From a virus, in the IMG/VR virus record IMGVR_UViG_3300020176_000008, positions 32,608 through 96,607 of that record: a stretch of 64,000 nucleotides of DNA; one strand, given 5' to 3'. Each line of letters begins with the position of its first letter. Positions within the stretch are counted from its first letter, which is position 1. The position numbers were made by a program, and so were the translations under genes. The notes below the pieces were generated by a model. It saw only the letters and a program-made list of their open reading frames with translations. It ran no database searches and had not been told where the DNA came from. Below are positions 8,175-17,919 of the stretch, piece after piece.

Positions 8175-9407
8175 ATGTTAAAGCTTAAAGAATTCATCGC
8201 CGAAGAAAAGAACACCCACATGGAACACGTTGAGGATATGATCTTCAATGAAGGAGTTGAGGGTGCACGTAAATCTATTTTATTCTTACGCGATCTTCGC
8301 GACATGTTAGCCGGCAGTTCTACATCTAAAGTTACTGCAACGGTAAAATGGGATGGTGCTCCGGCCGTTTTTGCTGGCGTAGATCCAAGAGATGGTAAAT
8401 TCTTTGTTGCAAAGAAAGGCGTATTCAATAAATCGCCTAAGGTATATAAGACTGCGGCAGAAATTGATGCAGATACTTCGGGAGATCTTGCGGCAAAATT
8501 AAAGATCGCATTGATAGAATTCTCAAAGTTGGGCGTAAAAGAAGGTGTGTTCCAAGGTGATTTGATGTTCACCAAGAACGATCTTAAGAAAGAAAATATC
8601 GATGGACAGGATTATATAACCTTCCATCCAAATACTATTGTCTATGCTGTTCCGTATAATAGTGAACTAGGCAAGAAGATTAGAGGTTCAAAGATCGGTG
8701 TTGTTTGGCATACGACGTATTCCGGAAAAACATTCGAGACTATGAAAGCAAGTTTTGGTAAAACTATAGTTGACAAGTTAAACGAGGTCCAATCCGTTTG
8801 GATGGACGATGCTAATTATAGAGATTATTCTGGCACAGCGACGTTCACGAAAGCTGAGACAGATAGAGTCACTGCAGTTTTATCGAGTGCCGGGAAGTTA
8901 TTTGGGTCAATCAGCGCGCAAACCCTAAACGCAATCTCACGAGATGCAGATCTATTAGCTGCTGTGAAGACCTACAATAACTCCAAAGTTCGTAATGCAG
9001 AAAAAATCACAAACACAAAAGCACACGTAGAAGGTCTATACCATTATATCTATGACAGGTATCAGGGTATGATTGACCGTAGAAAGACAGAAGCTGGAAA
9101 AAATAAACAAGAAGACGCTCGCAAGAAAGTTCTTCAGTTCTTTGCCCATCACGACAAGAATCAGATTGTAGCCATATTCGATTTGATGAATCTGATTGTT
9201 GAAGCCAAACAGATGATTATCGATAAGATGAATAAAGCTGGTCACATAAATACTTTCTTAAGGACTGCAAACGGTTTTAAAGTAACTGGAGTCGAAGGAT
9301 TCGTTGCAATAGACCACCTATCTGGCGGTGCAGTTAAAATTGTAGATCGTATGGAATTTAGTAAAGCTAACTTTTCAGCTGATATTATCAAGGGATGGCA
9401 GAGATGA
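8175..9407 (+). CDS. DUF6267-like protein with ligase-type nucleotidyltransferase motifs
   Basis: KNTHMEHVED, TVKWDGAP (KxDG), FQGDLMF, VEGFVA, VKIVDR; N-terminus MLKLKEFIAE. Confidence 0.6.
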   Translation: MLKLKEFIAEEKNTHMEHVEDMIFNEGVEGARKSILFLRDLRDMLAGSSTSKVTATVKWDGAPAVFAGVDPRDGKFFVAKKGVFNKSPKVYKTAAEIDADTSGDLAAKLKIALIEFSKLGVKEGVFQGDLMFTKNDLKKENIDGQDYITFHPNTIVYAVPYNSELGKKIRGSKIGVVWHTTYSGKTFETMKASFGKTIVDKLNEVQSVWMDDANYRDYSGTATFTKAETDRVTAVLSSAGKLFGSISAQTLNAISRDADLLAAVKTYNNSKVRNAEKITNTKAHVEGLYHYIYDRYQGMIDRRKTEAGKNKQEDARKKVLQFFAHHDKNQIVAIFDLMNLIVEAKQMIIDKMNKAGHINTFLRTANGFKVTGVEGFVAIDHLSGGAVKIVDRMEFSKANFSADIIKGWQR

Positions 9408-9664
9408 TTAGGTATGATCAATTTAAACAAAGGCTATCTGAAGCAAAGAATCCCGATGATAAGATTGTTGCTCAATTAGAAACTTTAAGTAAAAATATTT
9501 CAAAATATGCGCACCGTTGGAATGATAATCCAAGTTCGCGTATGTATAAGTGGGTCGATACATATAACGACTTAAAAGAAAAACACAGACACGGCGCTTG
9601 GGTCACGTATTGTAAAAAACATGGATTTTCCTTAGGTCATGACGCTTACGATAACTTAGCATAG
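9404..9664 (+). CDS. Hypothetical protein, putative internal head protein
   Basis: ATGA overlap with upstream stop; MIRYDQFKQRLSE N-terminus. Confidence 0.55.
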   Translation: MIRYDQFKQRLSEAKNPDDKIVAQLETLSKNISKYAHRWNDNPSSRMYKWVDTYNDLKEKHRHGAWVTYCKKHGFSLGHDAYDNLA

Positions 9665-9673
9665 GATATTACG

Positions 9674-10111
9674 ATGATTACATTTAAAGAATATTTACAA
9701 GAAGAAAAAAATGGCCTATGGGCCAATATCCATGCTAAACGCAAACGTATTAAAGCTGGTTCCAATGAAAAGATGCGTAAGCCAGGATCTAAAGGAGCTC
9801 CGACCGATGCCGATTTTAAATCAGCAAACGAGGAATCAGAAATTGGTGAAGCGGCTATCGATGCTAAAGGGCATAAGTCTTCTACCGGTGGATTGACACA
9901 AAAAGGCGTTGATGCTTTTCGTAGAGAGAACCCAGGCAGTAAACTACAAACTGCAGTAACTACGAAACCATCTAAAATGGATCCTGATAGTAAGGATGCT
10001 AAACGTAGAAAATCTTTCTGTGCCCGTATGAGCGGCGTTGAAGGTCCTATGAAGGACGAGAACGGTAAACCAACACGTAAAGCACTTGCTCTTAAGAAGT
10101 GGAATTGTTAA
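9674..10111 (+). CDS. Conserved basic T4-like protein (DUF6321-like), putative internal head protein
   Basis: MITFKEYLQE; GGLT.KG...RKSFCARM...KWNC. Confidence 0.65.
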   Translation: MITFKEYLQEEKNGLWANIHAKRKRIKAGSNEKMRKPGSKGAPTDADFKSANEESEIGEAAIDAKGHKSSTGGLTQKGVDAFRRENPGSKLQTAVTTKPSKMDPDSKDAKRRKSFCARMSGVEGPMKDENGKPTRKALALKKWNC

Positions 10112-11649
10112 TGAGCGAATTAAATGACTTCTTGAAACTGATTTCTGAAGCTAAGGCCCAAGATCCTAAGCATCAGAAAATTAAAGAGATTAAGGAAACT
10201 GTTAGAGAAGACGTTAATGACTTCTTTGCACAGTTGGCTTCTGCGTCTCCAAAACACTTTGAAATTGAAAAAGAAGAAATCGATGAGCTAGTTGAAAAAA
10301 TCGAAGCTATAGAGCAGATCGAACAAGATATTATCCAGGAAGAAATTCCAGAAATTAAAAGTGAAGCTGATAAACAGGCAGAAGTACTTAGCTTGCTTAA
10401 AAAGCAGCCTGATGCTGTACCATTCTCACAGCCCAATCCAGAACCCACATCTAAAGATATTAAAGCTATCACCGATAAAATTAAGTTCATGGAACAATGG
10501 CTAGGAAAAATAACTGCCACTGGTCCAGGTTCAGGCGAAGTTAACTTTAGATATTTGGATGACGTTGAGCGTTCAACGATGACATCTGGTAATGATAATT
10601 GGGTGCTCGAATACGATGCTGCTTCAAAGAAAGTACAATTCACCAAAGATATTGGTCCAATAGATTCTGTTCAATTTGATGTTACTCATGAAGATGATAA
10701 TACACATGGTGAGGGAACTCTCACCTGGAATAATTTTGATCGCACATTAAATTTGCATCATAAAAACAGTGTTAGGCAACAAATTGGTCAAGAACAATAT
10801 TACCCGCCAGTTAAAAACATAACAGGTTCAACCATTACGAATGGTACGTTGGTTATGTTTGCTGGTGCAGAATCTGATAATAATGCAAGACTTCTAATTA
10901 CTCCTATGATTGCCAATGGCACGTACCCAAGTCTTTATGTTATGGGTATAACGACAGAAGACATAGTAAATGGAGAGACTGGGTTTGTAACAGCATTTGG
11001 TTACGTCAATGATGTTGACACTTCCATGTGGGAAGAAGGGGATATTCTTTATGCAAATCCTTTAGTTCCAGGTGGTTTAACAAATATAAAGCCAACAGCG
11101 CCAAATAATGTTATCCCTGTTGCAGCGGTTGTGCATAAAGATGCCGTTATTGGTCGAATCATAGTTCGTCCTACTGTCGAACAGGAGATGCAGTATGCTA
11201 GATTCTCTTCAGAGATCGACCAACATCCATTAACCGTCGATACTGCTTATCCAATTACATTTGGGGTTACTGACATCTCTCGTGGATTCCATGCCGATGG
11301 AGAAACTATTCCTGATTATTCAAAGATTTATACAGAAGAATCAGGTTTCTTTAAGTTTGATGTAACTATTTCTTTGACTTCGACTAACGCGGCTGCTAAG
11401 GCATTCTATGTATGGATGAGAAAGAACGGAGTTGACATTCCTCGTTCAGCAAAGCGTCAGTCTATAACAGGCAACGGAGTATATCAGCTTTTGGCTTATA
11501 CGCTTTCAGTTAGTCTTGCAAAGGATGATTACATTCAAATCATGTATGCAGCTTCTGATACTGCTATTATAATTGATGCACCTGACGTAACAGCATTCAG
11601 TCCTGCTATTCCTTCAGCAACGATAACTTGTACACAGATAGCACTATGA
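10111..11649 (+). CDS. Virion fibre/decoration-like protein (acidic N-terminus, beta-rich C-terminal modules)
   Basis: TAATG overlap gives start 10111; GEVNFRYLDDV motif; cement-like VKNITGSTITNGTLV module; C1q/BclA-like C-terminus with VWMRKNGVDIP. Confidence 0.5.
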   Translation: MSELNDFLKLISEAKAQDPKHQKIKEIKETVREDVNDFFAQLASASPKHFEIEKEEIDELVEKIEAIEQIEQDIIQEEIPEIKSEADKQAEVLSLLKKQPDAVPFSQPNPEPTSKDIKAITDKIKFMEQWLGKITATGPGSGEVNFRYLDDVERSTMTSGNDNWVLEYDAASKKVQFTKDIGPIDSVQFDVTHEDDNTHGEGTLTWNNFDRTLNLHHKNSVRQQIGQEQYYPPVKNITGSTITNGTLVMFAGAESDNNARLLITPMIANGTYPSLYVMGITTEDIVNGETGFVTAFGYVNDVDTSMWEEGDILYANPLVPGGLTNIKPTAPNNVIPVAAVVHKDAVIGRIIVRPTVEQEMQYARFSSEIDQHPLTVDTAYPITFGVTDISRGFHADGETIPDYSKIYTEESGFFKFDVTISLTSTNAAAKAFYVWMRKNGVDIPRSAKRQSITGNGVYQLLAYTLSVSLAKDDYIQIMYAASDTAIIIDAPDVTAFSPAIPSATITCTQIAL

Positions 11650-11661
11650 ATATTTAAGTCA

Positions 11662-11669
11662 TATAAATA
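11662..11669 (+). promoter_or_regulatory. T4-type late promoter
   Basis: Intergenic TATAAATA about 30 nt before the 11700 start. Confidence 0.75.
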
Positions 11670-11699
11670 ATACATATTACTTATTATAGATGGATAAAA

Positions 11700-13343
11700 A
11701 TGAAAAGATATAAGCAACTCATAAAAGAATTGCCGTCAAAAAAGGTTGTGTTCGCATTCGGCAGGTTTCAGCCTCCGACGAATGGTCACGCACTTTTAGT
11801 CAATGCGGTAACTAAGTTGGCATCTGCTCAGAAGGCAGATCATGTCATTTACACATCCCGTACTCAAGACAAAAAATCAAATCCACTTCCAGCTAACCGC
11901 AAGGTATATTATCTTAAGCGGATGTTTCCCCATGCCAAATTCATGGCGGCAACCGATAACATGCGCACATTCATGGAAGTGGCTGCCGAGTTATCTAAGA
12001 AGTATAAGCATCTCGTAATGATTGCTGGCTCGGATAGAGTTGCTGAATATAAGAAACTATTAGATAAGTATAACGGAACCACATTCAACTTTGAAACTAT
12101 CGAAGTTGTTTCTGCCGGAGAGCGTGATCCAGACTCGGATACTGCATCGGGAATGTCTGGTACTAAGATGCGTGAAGCTGCCAAGAAAGGTAACTTTGCC
12201 GCGTTTAAGAAAGGTCTGCCACATGGTATTACTGAGTTAGATGCTAAACGTCTAATGAATGAAATCCGTGAAGGTATGGGTATCGATGCTATTAAAGAAT
12301 CTATCCAGTTCGAAAGAGATACAATTAGAGAATCATACCATTCTGGCAATATCTTCAACGTAGGAGATAAGGTACTATTTGAGGAGCAGGTATGCGAGAT
12401 CGTGAAACGTGGATCTAACCATGTTTTAATCCAATTGCAGGATGGGTCATTGGAAAGTAAATGGCTAAATCAAGTACAAGTATTTGAAGATGTGGCACAA
12501 GAAGTCACCGAGGAAATAAACGAAATGAAATATACCGCATCTGACAAAATTAAAGTCGCAAGAGTAATTGCAATGTCTCTCGGCTTAGAAGAACCTACTA
12601 GTAATAATCCGGAACTTCTTGTCAATACTGCATTACGTAGAATCAAGAATAAGACATTTTCTGCCCGCGGAAAAGAAATCGTTGCCAACATGCTAGATGT
12701 TGCAAAAGAAGCCGGAATCAAATATGATGAGAAGCTTGCCGTGGCATTTAAGCAATCTGAGGTAGATGAAGAAGTTGTTGGAAAGTCATTGCACTGCGGT
12801 GATAATTCAGTGCGCGTCTTGAAAATTAAGCATCATCTTGGAGAAGAAGCAGATGATGATGAAGAAGAGGAAGAAATGTCCGACGATGATTTGGATAAAG
12901 TAGCCGATTCAATGAATGACGATCATATGCTTCACGGATATGACGACGAAGAATTAGATATCATCGATGACGAAACTGGCGAGAAGGTCGACGAACTCAA
13001 AGAAGAAACTTTGAATGAAGTATTAAGCCGTCAAGAAAGAATCAAGTCTAAGATCAGGTTTGCTCGTACCAAGAGTAAGCGTGAACGTAGATTGCGAATC
13101 GCATTAAAAACTAGATCGTCTGTTAAGAAGGTAAATACTAGAGCTAGACGATTAGCAGTTAAAGCTTTAAAGATGCGAATTGCTAAAAGACCTTTAAACA
13201 AATTGTCTGTCGGTGAAAAAGAAAGACTAGAAAAAATAGTACAAAAGCGTAAATCTGTTATCAATAGATTAGCTATGCGTATGGTACCTAAAGTACGCAA
13301 GTATGAAAACGATCGTTTGGTTCATAGTACTTATACTAAATAA
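11700..13343 (+). CDS. Cytidylyltransferase-like (HIGH-superfamily) nucleotidyltransferase with long C-terminal extension
   Basis: FGRFQPPTNGH, IAGSDR, AGERDPD, MSGTKMR; acidic stretch then basic helical tail. Confidence 0.75.
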   Translation: MKRYKQLIKELPSKKVVFAFGRFQPPTNGHALLVNAVTKLASAQKADHVIYTSRTQDKKSNPLPANRKVYYLKRMFPHAKFMAATDNMRTFMEVAAELSKKYKHLVMIAGSDRVAEYKKLLDKYNGTTFNFETIEVVSAGERDPDSDTASGMSGTKMREAAKKGNFAAFKKGLPHGITELDAKRLMNEIREGMGIDAIKESIQFERDTIRESYHSGNIFNVGDKVLFEEQVCEIVKRGSNHVLIQLQDGSLESKWLNQVQVFEDVAQEVTEEINEMKYTASDKIKVARVIAMSLGLEEPTSNNPELLVNTALRRIKNKTFSARGKEIVANMLDVAKEAGIKYDEKLAVAFKQSEVDEEVVGKSLHCGDNSVRVLKIKHHLGEEADDDEEEEEMSDDDLDKVADSMNDDHMLHGYDDEELDIIDDETGEKVDELKEETLNEVLSRQERIKSKIRFARTKSKRERRLRIALKTRSSVKKVNTRARRLAVKALKMRIAKRPLNKLSVGEKERLEKIVQKRKSVINRLAMRMVPKVRKYENDRLVHSTYTK

Positions 13344-13400
13344 GTATCCAGAGATACATTATACCAAACATACAGAATTAAACTTCGATCGGATTAAAAT

Positions 13401-13856
13401 ATGGACGAATTAACAAAATCACTTAACAAATGTCTGGCAAATACGTTCATAATGTATTTCAAAACACATTCATACCATTGGAATGTGGAAGGTATTCACT
13501 TTAGTCAGTATCATAAATTCTTCGGTGATCTATACGAAGAAGTCCATGGTGCCGTAGACACTATTGCAGAAAAGATTCGTATCGAAGGTCCATATGCTCC
13601 AATTAGTCTGAGCGAATTGTATAATAATGCTACACTAGAAGAAGACAAAGAAAAGCCACAGACGTGTTACGCCATGGTTGTTAGCACATATGCTGCAAAT
13701 GCATCTGTTATTGGTTGTTTACAAGAAGCGTTTGATATGGCTAATCAAATGAACAAACAAGGACTTGCTGATTTCTTGGCAGGTCGTTTAGATATCCATA
13801 AGAAGCACGAATGGATGCTTCGTGTTTCAATGAAGTTAAATGAAGGGGAAATGTAA
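13401..13856 (+). CDS. dps: Dps/ferritin-like protein
   Basis: KTHSYHWNVEG...YHKFFGDLYEE...DTIAEKIR...HKKHEWML ferroxidase motifs. Confidence 0.9.
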   Translation: MDELTKSLNKCLANTFIMYFKTHSYHWNVEGIHFSQYHKFFGDLYEEVHGAVDTIAEKIRIEGPYAPISLSELYNNATLEEDKEKPQTCYAMVVSTYAANASVIGCLQEAFDMANQMNKQGLADFLAGRLDIHKKHEWMLRVSMKLNEGEM

Positions 13857-13857
13857 A

Positions 13858-14709
13858 ATGAATTTTAAACAATTTTCAGAACAGAAGTTAAAAGGCAATC
13901 AACATAAGCTTGATAAAAACGGCAATGGTAAACTAGATGCTGATGATTTTAAAAAATTACAAGCTGAAGAAAATGATGAAAACGCCAACGATGTAGTTGA
14001 TACTTCAGATTTTAAATTAGATAAAAACGGTAAAAAATATAAAGCCGGCAAGATCGTTTTTAAGCACGGCGAGGACGACGGCAAGAATAATATGTCTGAA
14101 GCTGCAGAAGAAATGTCTGACGCGGAAATGAAAAAACGTGAAGACTATGTCAAAGGCATGAAAAAGAATTATAAATCATTCGTTGACAAATATGGCAAAG
14201 ATCGTGCAAAAAATATCATGTATGCTACTGCTACCAAGATGGCTATGAAAGAAGATCAGGTAGAAGAAGGCTGGGATGACATGCAAAAGATGGTTAAGAA
14301 GAATGCTGAAAAGCAAAAGACTTCTACCATGACTAAGCATGATATTAAGAAAACAGACACTGGTACCGTTTATACTAAACAACGTGATCCAGATGGCATG
14401 AGCAAAGAGTTCAAGAGAGATAACTCCGAAGTTAAGCGCGGGCGTGGCCGTCCTAAAAAGAACCAATTTGCTGAAGCACTAGAATTTTTAATGGACCTTA
14501 CAGAAGAGCAATTCGACCAGGTAGTTGAAGAAGGACTCGATTCTTTCGTTGAATCATATATCGACGAAGGCAAGGGTTATGCTCCAGGTTGGATGATCAA
14601 CGCCGATCCTGAGCTCAAGAAAAAATTAGATGCCAAAAAAGCTAAACAGAAAGCTATGAAAGCATCTATGGGTAATCCTAACGCTGGTAAACCAGCAAGC
14701 AATAAATAA
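13858..14709 (+). CDS. Putative internal head protein with EF-hand-like loop
   Basis: MNFKQFSE; LDKNGNGKLDADD; repeated xxE sites; AT-hook-like RGRGRPKK. Confidence 0.5.
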   Translation: MNFKQFSEQKLKGNQHKLDKNGNGKLDADDFKKLQAEENDENANDVVDTSDFKLDKNGKKYKAGKIVFKHGEDDGKNNMSEAAEEMSDAEMKKREDYVKGMKKNYKSFVDKYGKDRAKNIMYATATKMAMKEDQVEEGWDDMQKMVKKNAEKQKTSTMTKHDIKKTDTGTVYTKQRDPDGMSKEFKRDNSEVKRGRGRPKKNQFAEALEFLMDLTEEQFDQVVEEGLDSFVESYIDEGKGYAPGWMINADPELKKKLDAKKAKQKAMKASMGNPNAGKPASNK

Positions 14710-14737
14710 GTATAACATTCCAAATAAGGAGAATAAA

Positions 14738-15319
14738 ATGGCACTATGGACAAATAAAGACGAGGAAGCTGGTAAGCCAAAGTACTTGTCAGACGCCGAT
14801 AAGGCAAATACATACGGCGCTGATGCCGCCGAGACTGCCGCCACGCCCGGTGTGACTGCAGGTTGGGTTCTAAAAACTGAAGGTACCGGCGGTCGTGCTG
14901 GTCGTGTTACATATGAAACAATGGTCGCAATGGGTTCAATGAGTACTGATGGTGATTCAGTACTTACTACACAGACACGCACTATTACTATTAGCGGTCA
15001 ACCGGCTAATGTATCTGCCGTTCTAGGCGATGAAGAGACAGTTGCATTCTCAGTAACAGCATCAGTTTCACCTGCAAGTTCTTCAACATTAGTATACGCA
15101 TGGGAATTCTCTGAAAACGGTGGTTCTACATGGGATGATGCACAACCAGAATGGGCAACAGGATTTAATACTGCTGAAATCACCATCGCTAATGCTGATG
15201 TCGATCTAGGCGGCGGCGCTGGCGATCTAAATGGATATCAGTTCCGTTGTGTAGTTTCTACTGACGGCGCCTCTGATGTAACTTCTGATGCTGCTACACT
15301 AACTGTAGCTACACCTTAA
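14738..15319 (+). CDS. Virion structural protein with C-terminal Ig-like domain
   Basis: MALW...AGWV...GGRAGRV.YETMVAM; ITISGQP...YAWEFS...GYQFRCVVS Ig pattern. Confidence 0.65.
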   Translation: MALWTNKDEEAGKPKYLSDADKANTYGADAAETAATPGVTAGWVLKTEGTGGRAGRVTYETMVAMGSMSTDGDSVLTTQTRTITISGQPANVSAVLGDEETVAFSVTASVSPASSSTLVYAWEFSENGGSTWDDAQPEWATGFNTAEITIANADVDLGGGAGDLNGYQFRCVVSTDGASDVTSDAATLTVATP

Positions 15320-15349
15320 TTAAATGCGGGTTAACTACCCGCGTATATT

Positions 15350-15706
15350 ATGAATTTTAAATTGACTGATGACAACTTCATCCTGTATGCTATGAAGCAC
15401 TATGATAATACACAGTGCCATAGTGTACAGGAATTTGAAGAAGATTTACGAAGGTTTCTCTATTTGAAGAAACTTTTCAGGCGGTATTCGGAGGGCGAAC
15501 TTAGAGAGCGATTGATTCTAAACCATCTAATAGTATTGTATAATATTTTTGGAGAGTGTTTAAATGAAATGCTGCTATTCAAAGTCGACAAAGAACACTG
15601 GCCGGCATTAAAGACTTTCATGGTATACTTAGGTAGACTAGAAGAGTCGGAACTAACAGACGTCACTTTAGATCAGAACATAGTAAGTATATTAAGGAAA
15701 ATTTAA
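15350..15706 (+). CDS. Conserved T4-like hypothetical protein
   Basis: NFILYAMKHYDN...EFEEDL...LILNHLIVLYNIFG. Confidence 0.7.
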   Translation: MNFKLTDDNFILYAMKHYDNTQCHSVQEFEEDLRRFLYLKKLFRRYSEGELRERLILNHLIVLYNIFGECLNEMLLFKVDKEHWPALKTFMVYLGRLEESELTDVTLDQNIVSILRKI

Positions 15707-16251
15707 TGAATTCCACAACTGACAATTTAATTGCATTCAGGGTCTTATATATGTTGGTCACTCCATTTGAGAAGACTGATGCGTATAAGTTCGGAATCAT
15801 CGACAAAGATGGTAATGCGTTAAAGAAGGTTAAAGATTTAGATGACTCTGAAGAAAGAGATTCGTATACTGCGTTACATAGATTAGTTTTTAATCTTAAA
15901 AAATTATTAGGTAAAGTTCCAGGTGGAAAAACTAAGTTTGCTTCTGTAATGGCAGCATATTGGTTGATTAAAGAAAATCTAAATGTACGTACATCAATTA
16001 AAGAACATGAGTTGATTGAAACTATTCATGCAATAGAATCTAAAAACTTATGCATGGTTGAAGAAGAATTGGATTTTGCTGATTTAATAAAAAATATTGA
16101 CCCACTTGAAGAAGATGCTGTAGCAGCTATCGCTAATGTGGTTGGTGATGGCACTGCTACATCTGTTGATTATCCAGCAATAAAACCTAAGAAAAAGAAA
16201 ACCCTAAAATTATTCCGCAGACAGAAGGATGGAGAATATGAAAAAGTTTAA
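15706..16251 (+). CDS. Conserved T4-like hypothetical protein
   Basis: TPFEKTDAYKFGIIDKDG...LVFNLKKLL. Confidence 0.7.
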   Translation: MNSTTDNLIAFRVLYMLVTPFEKTDAYKFGIIDKDGNALKKVKDLDDSEERDSYTALHRLVFNLKKLLGKVPGGKTKFASVMAAYWLIKENLNVRTSIKEHELIETIHAIESKNLCMVEEELDFADLIKNIDPLEEDAVAAIANVVGDGTATSVDYPAIKPKKKKTLKLFRRQKDGEYEKV

Positions 16252-17449
16252 TCAATTTATGACAGAAGCTATTGCCGAATCGGATGCTGCGTGGGCTGCC
16301 GCTGAAGCAAAGCGCAAGGAGCAAGAAGCCAAAAAAGCTTTAACTAAAAAGGATGCTAGCACTGTCGACAAGATTCGTGCTATGATGGCTAAAGAGAAAA
16401 TGAAGGAAGAAGTCGAGATTGAAGAAGCAAATACTCCTTCTGATGCTGATTTACATAAGACGCTTGGCCCTACCAAGAATATGCAGCAAGGAGTTGATGC
16501 TTTAAAGAAAAAGCATGGAATGTCTGATGATGAGGCTAAAAAACATGTTCGTAGATTGATGGGTATGAAAGAAGAAGCTGATCAGATTGACGAGTTAAGC
16601 AAAGGTACATTGCGTTCTTACATAGATAAGAAGTCGGATGATCATGAGTCCAATAGACAGGGTGTGATTGATGCACGTGATGCTCTACGCCAGCACAACA
16701 GGAACAGACCTTCCCTTGATGCACCTCTTAAACATCAATTTGACCATGACGCTAAGAAACGTGAACTAGAGAAAGATGTCAATGCTGCATCAAGAACTGC
16801 TACACGTTCAAATGTAAACATTCTTAAAGCAAAGAAACGTTTGAATAAAGAAGAAGTTACAATGAATGAAGCAAAAGACAAACAAGAGTATGGCTACGAA
16901 GGTGCCATGGCTATGACTCAATTAAAGACATTAACCCGTCATGGTGAACATATGATGGGTATGATGAAAGAAGATACAGATCTTCCGGAATGGGTTCAGT
17001 CAAAGATTACTCTAGCAACTGACTATGTTCAAACCGCTCATGATTATTTAATGAGCGAAATGAATGAAGAGCTGTCAAAATCAGCAGAACAAATTGATGA
17101 ATTGAGCAAGTCTACATTAGGTTCATACGTTAGAAAAGCATCCGGCAATGCGGCATCTGCTACTCGTGCTGCTGGCGTAGAAGCTGGTGCACGAGGACCA
17201 AACCGGTTTGCTAATATGGACTCTAAAGAAAAACGTGCTGAAAAGAGACTAAGTGGTGTATCTAAAGCAGTTGATCGTTTGGCTAAAGAAGATATGCATA
17301 CTGATAAGAAGGAAGATCCTCCTTTTGATGGTCCATATTCTAAAAAGAAAGTTGCTACTCCAGGTAAACAGGGTTATGGCATGTCAGCAGCTCGTCATCT
17401 AGCACGTCAAGCTTTACAAAAAGTTGCAGACAAACAAAAGAATAAGTAA
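16238..17449 (+). CDS. Putative internal head protein with repeated IDELSKxTLxSY motif
   Basis: GGAG RBS, MKKFNQFMTE; QIDELSKGTLRSY and QIDELSKSTLGSY. Confidence 0.55.
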   Translation: MKKFNQFMTEAIAESDAAWAAAEAKRKEQEAKKALTKKDASTVDKIRAMMAKEKMKEEVEIEEANTPSDADLHKTLGPTKNMQQGVDALKKKHGMSDDEAKKHVRRLMGMKEEADQIDELSKGTLRSYIDKKSDDHESNRQGVIDARDALRQHNRNRPSLDAPLKHQFDHDAKKRELEKDVNAASRTATRSNVNILKAKKRLNKEEVTMNEAKDKQEYGYEGAMAMTQLKTLTRHGEHMMGMMKEDTDLPEWVQSKITLATDYVQTAHDYLMSEMNEELSKSAEQIDELSKSTLGSYVRKASGNAASATRAAGVEAGARGPNRFANMDSKEKRAEKRLSGVSKAVDRLAKEDMHTDKKEDPPFDGPYSKKKVATPGKQGYGMSAARHLARQALQKVADKQKNK

Positions 17450-17919
17450 TGGGAATCACTGCAGCTATCCGTGCTATCGCTATTCTTGTAATAGTCGTTA
17501 TCATAGCGGCGGCAGGTTGGTATGTAACATCTCTCAAGGCCGATCTTGCGGTTAGCCTTGAGAATACCAAGAAAATGACCGATGCCGTTCAGGCACAACA
17601 AGAGTTAATCACGCAAATACGTATAGAGCAAGAAGCTATTAGTAAGATTAATAGTGAACTAACCGGCGTGATTAAAGCACAACAAGAAGATATGAATTCC
17701 TTACGTGATAGGTTCAACACCTCTGCGGATGGAAGCAAGCGTGATTTTGGAAAACTAGCTGCAGAAAAACCTGCACTGGTAGAAAAATCTATTAATACTG
17801 GAACCAAGAATGCTTTACGATGTATAGAGTTAGCATCTGGTTCACCTTTGACTGAAGGCGAGAAAAATGGCACTGAGACTAATAAGGAATGTCCTTCTTT
17901 ACTCACTAGTAGTAACTAG
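17449..17919 (+). CDS. Inner-membrane spanin (Rz-like)
   Basis: N-terminal TM helix, coiled coil, C-terminal Cys; overlaps a lipoprotein gene. Confidence 0.65.
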   Translation: MGITAAIRAIAILVIVVIIAAAGWYVTSLKADLAVSLENTKKMTDAVQAQQELITQIRIEQEAISKINSELTGVIKAQQEDMNSLRDRFNTSADGSKRDFGKLAAEKPALVEKSINTGTKNALRCIELASGSPLTEGEKNGTETNKECPSLLTSSN

